Positions 19,645-30,247 are shown, counted from the first letter of the whole stretch. The stretch: 63,618 nucleotides of DNA, filler included, from an uncultured Methanosarcinales archaeon (GCA_964492935.1; 7 parts of 7 records of this genome joined end to end with filler, not necessarily neighbours in it), one strand, 5' to 3'. A program made the numbers and translations. The notes: a model not told the origin generated them from the sequence alone.

Positions 19645-22600
19645 TTATGCGGTAGCGGGTTGTGAAGTATTCGTATCTACTTCATTAGAAGGGGTATTTA
19701 TTACTTGTTGTTCTTCTCTCTGGGAGGTGTAGTATGGCACTTCATTTGTAGCGTTTCCGTCCCAGTTTACTTTCCAAACGATGATTCTGCCGCCAGTGAA
19801 ACTTGTTCTATCAGAGAATTTTTCGAAGTAGCTCGTGCCATGACCATTCATGTAGTAGAGTTTCGTAAAGAGTGCATTTGCGAGTTTTGGGTGTGCAATG
19901 ACTGCTCTGTAGCGGGAATCAGAGGTGGGGTAGAGTGTTAGGCTGATTCCGAGTTCGTTTTCATCATACTGTATGGTATCGATGGTACCATCTTCGCGTG
20001 CGATACTGATGCTGTTTGGAAACCTTGGGCCTTGAGGGGTGTTGACGCCAGCAGTTTGGAGTGTTGAGAGGTTAATATTCAGGCCGACTCCTTCTTGAAT
20101 GCTGCATGAGACGACTCCTCCCCCCTGATTTGAGCAGATGGATTCTCCTTGGTATGAGGGCCAGGGTGCAATCCACCTATTTGCCTCGGCGCTATCGGTG
20201 ATTGCCTGGATTTCGAAATAGGTATCTTCTGCTTGTTTTTGAGACATGTTGAATCGTTCTACCAGGTATGCACTGCTTGCTACAGGATCATTCTTGTATT
20301 CCTTTTTCTTGAGGGTGTTGTAGCGTAGAGCGCGCTCGAAATTCCAGGATCCGAAGTGAGCCCAGACGCCTCCTTTTCCGATCATATCGTGTGAGGTGAT
20401 AAAGTAATTTTCTGGAGGTGTGCAGTGTGAGTATTTCAAGACTTCATCGATTTGGGTGATGCCTGCATTCTCTAGGACTTTTGCTGCTTCAGCCTTATCT
20501 GTAAGTAGGATAATTTCTTTTACCACTTTGAGTGCATTTGGAATATCTTCAATTTCTTTATTAACGGTATCGAATGCCTTGTTTTGTCCACAGTCAAGCA
20601 TTCTGAGTGTGCCGCGAGCATAGTTTTCATCGTCGGTTAGTAGAACCGATCCAATCCAATGTGCGTTTGGAGTGTTTTGAGAGGTTCCATCGAAGGTGAC
20701 AGGTCTATTTCCAATCATTTTGAACCAATGGCCGAAGTCCCACCATGAATTAATGATTGCATTTTCATCTGCCTGAAGGTCAATCTGTTTTAGGGAGTCG
20801 TACCATGCATCATTCATTGAGGGTATTTCTTGACGGGAAACACTTTTTGCCCCTTGGATGGGTTGTCCAAAGAGGACTAGTAATAGGAAGATAACGACTA
20901 CTGCATTCACAAGATGTTTATTGAGGTGTAATCCTTTAGTCAGGAGTTCTGAGCTTTTTTTGTAGATGAAATTGACTGCTACTCCGGTGGCAAGAGCGAA
21001 TGCAGGTACTGCAACGAGTGTAAATCTGACTCCTTTAGTGCTTGCATACACGGTGGATGCGAACCAGAGTGTTAAAAGGAGTGATGCTTTGATGTCGATT
21101 CCTTTCTGCCGGGTTCGGATGATGTCGAAGAGCCAGAATGCGACTGGGACACCGGTTAGGATAATGAACATGATCTTTTGTGGCATGATTGCTAATAACA
21201 GGGCATACCAGATGGCTGATCCGATTGCAAGGTAGATCCCTCTTTTTGAGTGGCTTGTCTTTTTTAAGAGGCTCCAGGCTAATCCGGACAGGGCGATGAG
21301 GAACAGGAGTTTACTTCCCATCCCAATTTGGTTGATGACGCTGCTTAATGAGGCAGTATTTTGTTCGGCCACCGTGGTAAAGACATTGGGCCAGATGCTA
21401 TCGATGCCGACTTCCTTTAGTGTGATAAATGCTCTTGGTCCGATGAGGAATCCATCCATGAAGTTGCTGAATCCTGTGAAAAAAGAGGTGAAGATTGCTG
21501 AGAAGATGAGGAAGAGTCCTAGTGTGATTGGAGTTTCAAGAAATTCTTTATCTTTGATGAAGGAATCTATATTCTTGAGTTGATCGCGGTGCAGTAATAT
21601 GTAGTAGCCGATATATGCTACTGATGTAATGATGATGAAATTCATGATGTACCACCAGCCGCCCCACGCAAAGCTGAAGAGTCCTACGAAGAAGCCTGCT
21701 GCGAGTGTGTAGAGGATTATTTTCTTGTATTCTTTCGTTTCAAAGGCTTCTAGGAAGAGCCAGGTTACGATTAACGGTATGAGTACGTTGTACGCATCGG
21801 TATCGGCAAATCCGCCGGCAGTTCTTGTTAGTAATGCAGGATGAATTGCGAGAATCATCGCGGCAATGAATCCACCGAAATTTCCGGAGATGCGTCGTCC
21901 TATAAAGAAAATAGGGATGATGCTGAGTGCTATTAATAGGACGGGAGTGTAGAAGGCGGCCGTCATCAAGCCTATATCTTTATTGAAGAAGCGCATGAAT
22001 TTGAACAGAAATGCTTCGAAATAGGCATGGAATGCGTCTCGTGGAACGAATCGTCCTACGGGTGCGAACATGAATGTATCATAGGGAGCTTCTTTTCCTT
22101 GTTTATTTCTGAGTTCATCTCCTGGATGTCCGTTGTCAATGACGTTTTTTGCATGACGCATCCAAAAGTAAGGGTCAATAGCTAAGAGATAGGTCTGGCC
22201 GTTCTCATCCTGTAATCGAGATCTGAAATGATTGGCTGTTGCCTGTACTTGCGCTTCCAGTTGTGCTTTCTGTTCCTTCTGGAATTTTTCGAATTCGGTA
22301 TTGATGAGATTGTTCTTGTTGCTCTGCGGTAGATTAGGATACTGTTGATTAATTTGTGATTTAATTTGATCTTGGACTTGGTTGTAGACTGAGTCGCGGG
22401 CCCAGGTGTCTGCGATGGGCAGTTCTGCTGATGTTGAACGTAAACTTGAACTCATGAATACTGGGATGAGGATTAGTAGTAAGGCTAATAGTACCGTTTT
22501 ATGCGCAACTACGAAGCCGGTTATTTTTTTGGTGTCCACTCCGTCTTCATCGTCTTTTTCTTGTGAAAAGACTCCCTTTATTGATGATTTTATTTTTGAA

Positions 22601-23022
22601 AAGTCGAATGAGATTTCTTCGTCTTCTTTTTCGTCATCGGAGGCATCTTCTTTGTTTGAATGGTGTTCTCCAGGTTCTTCTGATTTCTTTGAGCTGAAGA
22701 TGTTCTTTATTTTTGAGAGGTCTAGGTTAATTTCTTCATCGTCCTCTTCATCAGTTTCTTCCCTTGAAGATTGTTCTTCTGCTATCTCATCCTTTTTTTC
22801 AGGTTCTTTTACTTCCTTCTGGATGTCAGGTTCGTGATGAGGTTCTGGTGAGTGGTGGGACTTTTCTTCTGAGGGTGCATCGGATGGTGTTTTTGGCTGA
22901 GTATTTTCTTCTTTGGTTTCTTCAGCTGGTTTTTCTTCTTTTGGTTTTTCTTTTTTACCGGAGAAGATATTCTTTATCTTAGAAAAATCAATGTTTATTT
23001 CGTCGTCTTCGTGTTCTTCCAT
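19645..23022 (-). CDS. aglB: Oligosaccharyltransferase AglB/STT3 with an acidic, repetitive N-terminal extension
   Basis: IDPYFW, RTAGGFADTD, TVAEQ, many TM helices and the WWDFGH motif. Confidence 0.93.
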   Translation of the reverse strand: MEEHEDDEINIDFSKIKNIFSGKKEKPKEEKPAEETKEENTQPKTPSDAPSEEKSHHSPEPHHEPDIQKEVKEPEKKDEIAEEQSSREETDEEDDEEINLDLSKIKNIFSSKKSEEPGEHHSNKEDASDDEKEDEEISFDFSKIKSSIKGVFSQEKDDEDGVDTKKITGFVVAHKTVLLALLLILIPVFMSSSLRSTSAELPIADTWARDSVYNQVQDQIKSQINQQYPNLPQSNKNNLINTEFEKFQKEQKAQLEAQVQATANHFRSRLQDENGQTYLLAIDPYFWMRHAKNVIDNGHPGDELRNKQGKEAPYDTFMFAPVGRFVPRDAFHAYFEAFLFKFMRFFNKDIGLMTAAFYTPVLLIALSIIPIFFIGRRISGNFGGFIAAMILAIHPALLTRTAGGFADTDAYNVLIPLIVTWLFLEAFETKEYKKIILYTLAAGFFVGLFSFAWGGWWYIMNFIIITSVAYIGYYILLHRDQLKNIDSFIKDKEFLETPITLGLFLIFSAIFTSFFTGFSNFMDGFLIGPRAFITLKEVGIDSIWPNVFTTVAEQNTASLSSVINQIGMGSKLLFLIALSGLAWSLLKKTSHSKRGIYLAIGSAIWYALLLAIMPQKIMFIILTGVPVAFWLFDIIRTRQKGIDIKASLLLTLWFASTVYASTKGVRFTLVAVPAFALATGVAVNFIYKKSSELLTKGLHLNKHLVNAVVVIFLLLVLFGQPIQGAKSVSRQEIPSMNDAWYDSLKQIDLQADENAIINSWWDFGHWFKMIGNRPVTFDGTSQNTPNAHWIGSVLLTDDENYARGTLRMLDCGQNKAFDTVNKEIEDIPNALKVVKEIILLTDKAEAAKVLENAGITQIDEVLKYSHCTPPENYFITSHDMIGKGGVWAHFGSWNFERALRYNTLKKKEYKNDPVASSAYLVERFNMSQKQAEDTYFEIQAITDSAEANRWIAPWPSYQGESICSNQGGGVVSCSIQEGVGLNINLSTLQTAGVNTPQGPRFPNSISIAREDGTIDTIQYDENELGISLTLYPTSDSRYRAVIAHPKLANALFTKLYYMNGHGTSYFEKFSDRTSFTGGRIIVWKVNWDGNATNEVPYYTSQREEQQVINTPSNEVDTNTSQPATA

Positions 23023-23104
23023 AGTAACTGTACTGTTTTCGTGAACTGTAGGTCTCTTAAAAAGGTTTCTATAATCACTATTTGTTGTTTATTTGTTATG
23101 CTAT

Positions 23105-23160
23105 AATGGTTATTATTATTAACCATTGAGTAATGGTTAAACTACATAATCTTTATATAT
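23105..23160. promoter_or_regulatory. Operator-like palindrome next to a TATA box, between divergent aglB and the Tat-motif gene
   Basis: Perfect TTAACCATT-N4-AATGGTTAA at 23119-23140, an extra AATGGTTA half-site at 23105-23112, and TTTATATA at 23152-23159. Confidence 0.5.
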
Positions 23161-23197
23161 TTGTTTTGATTCCTCAATGAATCATGGGGGATGGTAA

Positions 23198-23625
23198 ATG
23201 GCTACACTAGGTTCGCTAGTGCAGCATATTCGGGACAATACAACAGCAGTAGTGGGCGCTGCAGGAGATCGTTTTGGTCAGGGTGCATCGCAGGCTCGGG
23301 AGTATTTACTCAAGTGGATTGATGGTTTGGATGGTGATTCTGCTGATCCGGCCCCTTCAGTTTCTTCTTCAGTTGGTTTGAGCCGTAGGCAATTATTGGG
23401 TGTGATGGGTGCAGGTGCTGTTACGTTAACTCTTCCTGGATGTTTGTTAAGTTCTAAACAGGATGGGAGTGCTAGTGCGGCTGCAGGTCGCAATCATGAT
23501 TTTGCTAGGGATGGCGCGCTTCCGATTGATGAATATTTTGTTGAGCGTTTTAAGGATGATGCTCTTAATCTGAGTAAAAATGGAAATGTGGATGCAAGGG
23601 GGAATTTTTTTAGTAGATACGATGC
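23198..23625 (+). CDS. Hypothetical protein with an internal twin-arginine/lipobox motif (3' truncated)
   Basis: SRRQLLGVMGAGAVTLTLPGC starting near residue 62. The ORF runs into the linker. Confidence 0.65.
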
Positions 23626-23774
23626 NNNNNNNNNNNNNNNNNNNNNNNNNNNNNNNNNNNNNNNNNNNNTTAATTAATTAANNNNNNNNNNNNNNNNNNN
23701 NNNNNNNNNNNNNNNNNNNNNNNNNAAGTGATTACTTTGACGATTCCACTATGGCTTTAGCCTAGTGGTAGTTC

Positions 23775-23836
23775 AAAAAAAGAAAAAAAATGCCTTCATA
23801 CAAAAACAATTGGGGGTGGTTTCTAATGAAGGCATT
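23775..23836 (-). terminator. Putative hairpin plus U-tract terminator of ftsZ
   Basis: AATGCCTTCAT/ATGAAGGCATT inverted repeat (23789-23836), followed on the minus strand by a long T tract. Confidence 0.45.
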
Positions 23837-23869
23837 AGAACTTATCACCACAGACTTAAGGAGGTGAGC

Positions 23870-24943
23870 TTAAACCAGTTCAATGCCGAGCTCTTCCGAG
23901 ATCTGTTGGGCTTGTGGACTTGGTTGTGAATAGTCCATCTTTCCTAAGATCCAGGGGCTTTTTACACCGGTAATGATAGTCATTACGGTTACTTTGCCTT
24001 TTAGCTCTTCATCAATCCTCGCTCCCCAGATGACGTTTGCGTCAGGGTCTAGGGATTCGGTCACCAGGTCGCCGATTTTACTGATCTCATCTAAGGTCAG
24101 ATCGGGGCCACCTGATATGTGCAACAACGCTCCGGTTGCTCCTTTGTAGGAGATGTCCAGAAGTGGGTTGCTGAGTGCTCCTCGCACTGCTTCTTCCACT
24201 TTGTTGTTGGTATCTGAGGAACCTACACCGATTGCGGCTACTCCGCCATTCGTCATGATGGTCTTGACGTCTGCATAGTCAAGGTTCACTAGCGAAGGCA
24301 GTGCAATGGTTTCTACGATTCCTTTGATCATCGTTGAGACTAGCTCGTTTGCTACAGCAAATGCTTGCTGAATAGGTAGATTACCTGCAATTGCAACCAG
24401 TCTGTTGTTATCAATTACGATAACGGTGTCTGCAACTTGGCGTAGTTGTTGTAGGCCAAATTCAGCTTTATCTACACGTGCCCGTTCAATCTTGAACGGC
24501 ATGGTTACGGTTCCAATAACAATAGATCCGAGATCTTTTGCTACTTGTGCTACAATAGGTGCTGATCCGGTTCCGGTTCCGCCTCCCATTCCTGCACAGA
24601 CAAATACCATGTCTGAACCTTTGAGAACTTCCTTTATCTCTTGAAGCGATTCTTGTGCAGATTCTGCTCCCTTTTCAGGAAACCCACCACAGCCGAGGCC
24701 ACGTGTTATTGTTCTGCCTAATAGAATCTTTCTATCAGAGTTCGTCATGTCCAGGTGCTGTTTGTCAGAATTCGTTGCTATGATTTCTGCACCCTTGATT
24801 CCTTTGTCATACAGCCATCCGACCATATTACATCCTGCACCGCCAGCGCCGATTACTTTAATGTTGGCTTGTCCAACTTCACCTCCTACTTGTGCTTGTT
24901 GTTCTTCCGCCTTTTGCAAGGCATTGTTTACTAATATATCCAT
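23870..24943 (-). CDS. ftsZ: Cell division protein FtsZ
   Basis: [25 protein letters not shown]. Confidence 0.97.
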   Translation of the reverse strand: MDILVNNALQKAEEQQAQVGGEVGQANIKVIGAGGAGCNMVGWLYDKGIKGAEIIATNSDKQHLDMTNSDRKILLGRTITRGLGCGGFPEKGAESAQESLQEIKEVLKGSDMVFVCAGMGGGTGTGSAPIVAQVAKDLGSIVIGTVTMPFKIERARVDKAEFGLQQLRQVADTVIVIDNNRLVAIAGNLPIQQAFAVANELVSTMIKGIVETIALPSLVNLDYADVKTIMTNGGVAAIGVGSSDTNNKVEEAVRGALSNPLLDISYKGATGALLHISGGPDLTLDEISKIGDLVTESLDPDANVIWGARIDEELKGKVTVMTIITGVKSPWILGKMDYSQPSPQAQQISEELGIELV

Positions 24944-25260
24944 TTCACATCCCCCTGTGTCCTTTTTTTGTGGCTTTTAATATGCATTATATACTGGAAT
25001 ATATACTTCGGAGTACCGATGTCTTTATATTTCAGTTCCCTCACTAATGCTTTTAGAACTCAGTTTATTGCGCCAACGATGGACTGTAACAAGTATTAAC
25101 ACACACAAACAAAGATGATAAATGCTTTCGCCAAAAAGCAAAACGGTTTGATTAATTGAAGTTTTCGCCAAAAAACTTTTTCTTACTAATTTTTATAATT
25201 AAAACTGGTGGGAAGTAGTATATAAACATTTCTCAGAACTCTGTAGTAGTGAATATAGTG

Positions 25261-27318
25261 TTATTTAGATTCTAAACTCGCTTTATTGACGGTCAAATTC
25301 CCAACATGTTGTGTTTCCATTTGCTTTTTTGCCCGTATCTTGATTTTTTTGGTGAAAAGTGGACAGTCTAAAACGAGCGTTTCGAATTCTCCGCCTTCTC
25401 CCGTGAGATGAATTTTGTTGATTTTGTGCAATTTTTTTAAATTGTTTATGGTGCCTTGATTTAGTGTTTTTCCCAACCAGGATTTGTCTAAACCATCTGC
25501 TGCAATTTGTGTTATTATGATATTGAAGTTTGCTTTTATCAAGTCTTTAAGATATTCTTCTTGATTGATGTGCCATAACGGATTGAAGTTCTTCAATTGT
25601 AGAGATTCTGTTATTTTTTGAATGCGATCTCTTTGGTATGTGGAATAGAGCGCTCCAGATACTACTCCTTCGATCTGGTGTTGTTTTACAGCTTGTTTGA
25701 TTGCTTTCTTGAGGTCTTTAAGTTCCTCCTCTTTATTTCCTTTCGTTTTTACTTCAATTAAGGGCAGATTCATCGCTTTTGCTTGTAGTTTTGCTAATTC
25801 GATGGTGGGAGTATGGAACATGTAGGAATCTTTGTTTTCTGAATTGATGGTGATGAGGCACTTTATCGGGTAATTTTGTTGTTTCATGGTGTATAAAGCG
25901 AAGATACTGTCTTTTCCTGTGCTCAAGAGTGCTGCTAGTTTTGGATTCTTGTTGGGAAGAAAGGTGTTTAGGTACTCTGAGATCTTTTGGTTATTTCGTT
26001 TTGCTAGTTTTTGGAGTGCTTTTTGAAATCTGGAACCGTATTGTGCTGCCTTTTTTGGTCGTTCTGCAATTGATTTTGGCAGTTTTAGGTTGAGTGCAAC
26101 ATCTCTAAGTATCGCTTTTTCTCGTTCTTTTTGTATTTTGTATTTTTGTGGTATCTTTAATGCGTAATTTGCTAACGCTTTGTCTAGGAACGGTAATCTT
26201 AGCTCAACGGAATGGTACATGGACATGACGTCATCACGATAGAGATCTCGCTCGTAGATGTTTAATAATCCGGAAAGGCACTCTTTATTGATGTTTAATG
26301 CGTTCTTGTGTCTTTGATAGCCAGCAAACAGTTCTTCTGCGCCTAATCCTGACATGATTACTTTGCATCCGTCTTTCTTTGCCTGTTCGATTGCTTTGTG
26401 GAAGGTTAGAGCTACTGCAGATTTTACTACATTTGAATCCTCTATTAGCGGGATGATGGTTTTGAGATGTTGTTCGATGTCTTCTTGCTTTACTTTGATG
26501 ACTTTTAGCTTGAGGTTGAGCTTTTTCGCGGCTGCTTTTGCTTCTATTAGATCTTCTGGAGTTTGAATTGCGGGATCGTCATAGGCTGCAACGTAGCAGG
26601 TGAATTGTTTCTTTGCTTTTTTTAGTAACAATGCTAGTAATGATGAGTCAAGACCTCCTGAGAATAAGAGTCCTAGCTTTTTGTTGGGAATTCTTTTGTT
26701 TACTGCTTCTTCTAGCAGGGTTTTGGTGTTTTCAATGATCTGTTTCTTCGTTTGCTTGGATTCTGGCGTTATTTTTAGGAAATTTCTCTTGATTTCTTTG
26801 ATTCTTTTTGTTTTTGTGTTGTATTCGATGATTGTTCTTGGATTGAGCTCTTTTATGTTTTCTAGCTCTAATGATTCCAATGCTTTACGTTCTGAGGCGA
26901 AGGCGAAGGGTTTTTCTGTGTACCAGAGCGGCTTTACACCAAAGAGATCTCGTGCTAGGGTGATGGTTTGTTTGTTGCTGTAGGCGAAGGCAAATACTCC
27001 ATCTAGCTCGTTGGTGATGGTTTTTATCGGCGTATCGCGTTCTAGAAGCTGGAAGATGAGGTCTGCATCGTTTTTTGCTTTGATGTTGTGTTTAATTGCT
27101 AAGTTCTTCCAGTTGTAGATTTCACAGTTGCTGGTGAAGATTCCTTTGTCTTTTAGTGGTTGGGGGATGATTCCTACAACTGCATGCAGGCAGTGGCCGA
27201 ACGTTACTTTTTTTTGTGATATTATTGCCGAGTGGTCCTTTCCGCGATACTGTATTTTTTTGAGTGCTTTCGCTATCAGTTCTGATTTTATTTCAGCTGA
27301 GCCTATAATGCCGCACAT
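25261..27318 (-). CDS. Fusion of glutamine-hydrolysing asparagine synthetase and diphthine-ammonia ligase (Dph6)
   Basis: N-terminal MCGIIG Ntn domain, then FSGGLDSS, GLGAEELFAGY and ELRLPFLD. C-terminal STGKDS, SYMFH, GALYSTYQ, GEGGEFETLV. Confidence 0.88.
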   Translation of the reverse strand: MCGIIGSAEIKSELIAKALKKIQYRGKDHSAIISQKKVTFGHCLHAVVGIIPQPLKDKGIFTSNCEIYNWKNLAIKHNIKAKNDADLIFQLLERDTPIKTITNELDGVFAFAYSNKQTITLARDLFGVKPLWYTEKPFAFASERKALESLELENIKELNPRTIIEYNTKTKRIKEIKRNFLKITPESKQTKKQIIENTKTLLEEAVNKRIPNKKLGLLFSGGLDSSLLALLLKKAKKQFTCYVAAYDDPAIQTPEDLIEAKAAAKKLNLKLKVIKVKQEDIEQHLKTIIPLIEDSNVVKSAVALTFHKAIEQAKKDGCKVIMSGLGAEELFAGYQRHKNALNINKECLSGLLNIYERDLYRDDVMSMYHSVELRLPFLDKALANYALKIPQKYKIQKEREKAILRDVALNLKLPKSIAERPKKAAQYGSRFQKALQKLAKRNNQKISEYLNTFLPNKNPKLAALLSTGKDSIFALYTMKQQNYPIKCLITINSENKDSYMFHTPTIELAKLQAKAMNLPLIEVKTKGNKEEELKDLKKAIKQAVKQHQIEGVVSGALYSTYQRDRIQKITESLQLKNFNPLWHINQEEYLKDLIKANFNIIITQIAADGLDKSWLGKTLNQGTINNLKKLHKINKIHLTGEGGEFETLVLDCPLFTKKIKIRAKKQMETQHVGNLTVNKASLESK

Positions 27319-27351
27319 TTCTCTTCTTTGTGGGCGGTTCTTTAAAAACAG

Positions 27352-27993
27352 TTACTTTTTTGGTTTCTTGATTCTCTTGGCTGCAGAATTGATGTGGGTT
27401 TGTAATTGGGAGGCTGCTTCTTTCCAGGCGGTGCTTTTGAAGCCTTTGGGGTAGTCGCCGTAGCCTTTATTTCCCCAGGAGTCTACGAAGACGTTGAGAT
27501 GCATTGCTTTTCTTGATGGGGTAGCGGGTGATTCGGCTGGTTGTCCAACTGCTATTATTGCATGGCAGACTACTTTTTCTGGGAATCCAAGAATGTCTTT
27601 GATTTTATCTTCTTCAAAGGCTCCGACCCAACATGAGCCTAAACCAGCATTTTGAGCTGCTAGCAGCATGTTTTGAGCTACGGCTGCACAGGATTGTGTA
27701 GTGTAATGTGTTTCTCCGCGCTCACCGTAGAATTCATGTGCCTTGTAGGGTTCTGCTACTATGGCGATGTGGGTGGGTGCATCTTTGAGCCAGTCTTGAT
27801 CGTGACAGGCGTCTGCGATCTTATGTCTTGTTTTTTGATCTCTGATGACGATGAACTTCCAGTTTTGGAGATTTCCTGCAGAGGGAGCATACTGTCCGGC
27901 TTCTATGATAGGGATGATGTCGCTCCAGGCAGTATCTTTATCTTTGAATTTTCTTATGGATCGGCGCTGGTGGATTGCATCTAGGGTATCCAT
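27352..27993 (-). CDS. Nitroreductase family protein
   Basis: RRSIRKF, APSAGNLQNW, LAAQNAGLGSCWVG. Confidence 0.92.
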   Translation of the reverse strand: MDTLDAIHQRRSIRKFKDKDTAWSDIIPIIEAGQYAPSAGNLQNWKFIVIRDQKTRHKIADACHDQDWLKDAPTHIAIVAEPYKAHEFYGERGETHYTTQSCAAVAQNMLLAAQNAGLGSCWVGAFEEDKIKDILGFPEKVVCHAIIAVGQPAESPATPSRKAMHLNVFVDSWGNKGYGDYPKGFKSTAWKEAASQLQTHINSAAKRIKKPKK

Positions 27994-28055
27994 AGTGCTG
28001 CTTTGGGATTGGTGACTTATAAACCTTTTTATAGTATCAGGGAATAACTTGATTG

Positions 28056-29813
28056 ATGGAGTATGCTCAACTTGTTTCGGTTTATGCGGAGCTAGAGAGT
28101 ACCCCCAAGCGGCTGGCGAAGACTCGAGTGTTGGCTGATTTTCTTAGGGAGGTGCCTGTATCGGATGTTTCCCGGGTGGTGTTGTTGCTGCAGGGCAAGG
28201 TCTTTGCGAGCTGGGATGATCGAAAGGTAGGTATTGCTAGTCGTTTAGTGTTGAAGGCATTACATACGGCTACTGGTGTAACTGCATCTACTATTGAGAA
28301 CACGTGGAAGAAGACCGGAGATTTAGGTTTGGCTGCGGAGCAGTTGATCGGCAAGAAGAAGCAGGCTACGTTGTTTAGTAGTTCTTTATCTGTGGAGAAA
28401 GTGTTTTCGAATTTACAGAAGTTGGCTTCGATGGAGGGAGCAGGCACGGTTGGGAGAAAGGTGCAGATGGTTGCGGAGTTATTGACTTCGGCTACTGCGC
28501 TTGAGGCCAGGTACATTATTCGTACGGTGTTGGAAGATTTACGTGTTGGTGTCGGAGAGGGAAGTTTACGTGATGCAATTGCGTGGGCGTACTTTGGCAA
28601 GGAGTTGAATTTGTCGTATGATGCTGAGAAGAATGACATTGTTATGGAAGATCGTGAGGAATATGTAAAAAGGGTGGATGCGGTGCAGCGTGCCTACGAT
28701 CTGACGAATGATTTTGGAGTTGTGGCAAGTGAGGCTAAGAAAAATGGGATGACTGGATTGGAAAAGCTAGGTGTTACGTTATTCAAGCCGTTAAAATGCA
28801 TGTTGGCGTTGAAGGTAGCTGACGTAGAGGAAGGATTTGAGCGATGTGGGAAGCCGGTTGCGGTTGAATGTAAGTTAGATGGATTTCGGATGCAAATTCA
28901 CAAGGATGGTGACTCGGTTAAACTCTTTACGCGGCGTTTGGATGAGGTAACACCTGCGTTTCCGGATGTGGTGAAGTTGGTGCAGAAGCATGTTACTGCT
29001 CAACAAGTGATTCTTGATGCTGAGGCTGTTGGTTTTGATGTTGCGAGTGGCAAATATCTGCCGTTTCAGAGTATTGGGCAAAGGATCAGACGGAAATATG
29101 ATATTGAGAAGATGGCTACTGATTATCCTGTTGAAGTGAATGTGTTTGATTTGTTGTATCACGATGGTGAGACGTTATTATCCCATCCGTATTCTGAACG
29201 GCGGGAACGATTGGAGTCAATAGTTAAGAGTGAGAAGCGGAAGATGGTGGTGGTGCCGAGCATTGTTTCGTCTTCGAAAACTGAGATTTGGCGATTTTAC
29301 AAGAAGAGTTTGAGCGAGGGTAATGAGGGAGCGATGTTTAAGAAACTGGATGCTCCGTACAAGCCTGGCGCTCGGGTCGGGCATATGTGTAAGTTGAAGG
29401 ATGAACAGGATGCTCTTGATTTGGTTATTGTTGGCGCTGAATGGGGTGAGGGTAAACGTTCGAAATGGTTGAGTAGCTTTACGTTGGCTTGTTCAGATTC
29501 TGGTGAATTTGTTGAGATTGGTAAAGTGGGTACTGGGGTCAAGGAGAAGCCCGAAGAGGGATTGTCGTTTGGTGAGATGACTTCTGAATTAAAGCCGTTG
29601 ATTGTTTCGGAATCTGGGAAGAGTGTTGTGGTGAAGCCGAAGATTGTCGTTGAGATTGCGTATGAGGAAATTCAGAAGAGTCCTACGTACAGTTCAGGGT
29701 ATGCTTTGCGGTTTCCTCGTGTTAAACGGTTACGTAGTATGGAAAGAAGTGCTTCAGATATTACTACGCTTGCTGAGATTGAGAAATTGTATGGTAAGCA
29801 GAAGAAGAGTTGA
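28056..29813 (+). CDS. lig: ATP-dependent DNA ligase
   Basis: Motif I ECKLDGFRMQIHK, EGAMFK, LDLVIVGAEWGEGKR, ALRFPR. Confidence 0.96.
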   Translation: MEYAQLVSVYAELESTPKRLAKTRVLADFLREVPVSDVSRVVLLLQGKVFASWDDRKVGIASRLVLKALHTATGVTASTIENTWKKTGDLGLAAEQLIGKKKQATLFSSSLSVEKVFSNLQKLASMEGAGTVGRKVQMVAELLTSATALEARYIIRTVLEDLRVGVGEGSLRDAIAWAYFGKELNLSYDAEKNDIVMEDREEYVKRVDAVQRAYDLTNDFGVVASEAKKNGMTGLEKLGVTLFKPLKCMLALKVADVEEGFERCGKPVAVECKLDGFRMQIHKDGDSVKLFTRRLDEVTPAFPDVVKLVQKHVTAQQVILDAEAVGFDVASGKYLPFQSIGQRIRRKYDIEKMATDYPVEVNVFDLLYHDGETLLSHPYSERRERLESIVKSEKRKMVVVPSIVSSSKTEIWRFYKKSLSEGNEGAMFKKLDAPYKPGARVGHMCKLKDEQDALDLVIVGAEWGEGKRSKWLSSFTLACSDSGEFVEIGKVGTGVKEKPEEGLSFGEMTSELKPLIVSESGKSVVVKPKIVVEIAYEEIQKSPTYSSGYALRFPRVKRLRSMERSASDITTLAEIEKLYGKQKKS

Positions 29814-30247
29814 TTAGGATGCAGTATGCTAAAGTGAGATATTGTTTGGTATTGATTTTGTTTGTACTTCTGTTTGCTCACCAAAATGTCTGGAATCAAG
29901 ATCGAGAACGCTTTCATATTGATCGCTTTATTGAGGATCCGCTAACGTATGGTAATCACACGGGACAGCGATTTGGAAAGATTGTTGTAGTTCAGCCAGA
30001 GACGTTTGATTTTAATGATGGCGATAAGGTGATTCGGATTGAGGGTTCGGGTGTAGTTGCAAGTACTCTAGGGGAGACCGTTATTTTTCTTGACTATCGC
30101 TTAGATGGGCGTATGGTGTTGATTGATTATCATAACTATGACTATAATTATGTGTTGTACGGGTTGTCGCTTGTTGCATTTGTTTATTTTCTTTATTTGT
30201 TCTTCAGAGAGTGGATATTAACTAAGAGGGGTTTTAGAAATGCCTGA
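29810..30247 (+). CDS. Hypothetical membrane protein
   Basis: N- and C-terminal hydrophobic segments. Overlaps lig and the next gene. Confidence 0.7.
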   Translation: MIRMQYAKVRYCLVLILFVLLFAHQNVWNQDRERFHIDRFIEDPLTYGNHTGQRFGKIVVVQPETFDFNDGDKVIRIEGSGVVASTLGETVIFLDYRLDGRMVLIDYHNYDYNYVLYGLSLVAFVYFLYLFFREWILTKRGFRNA

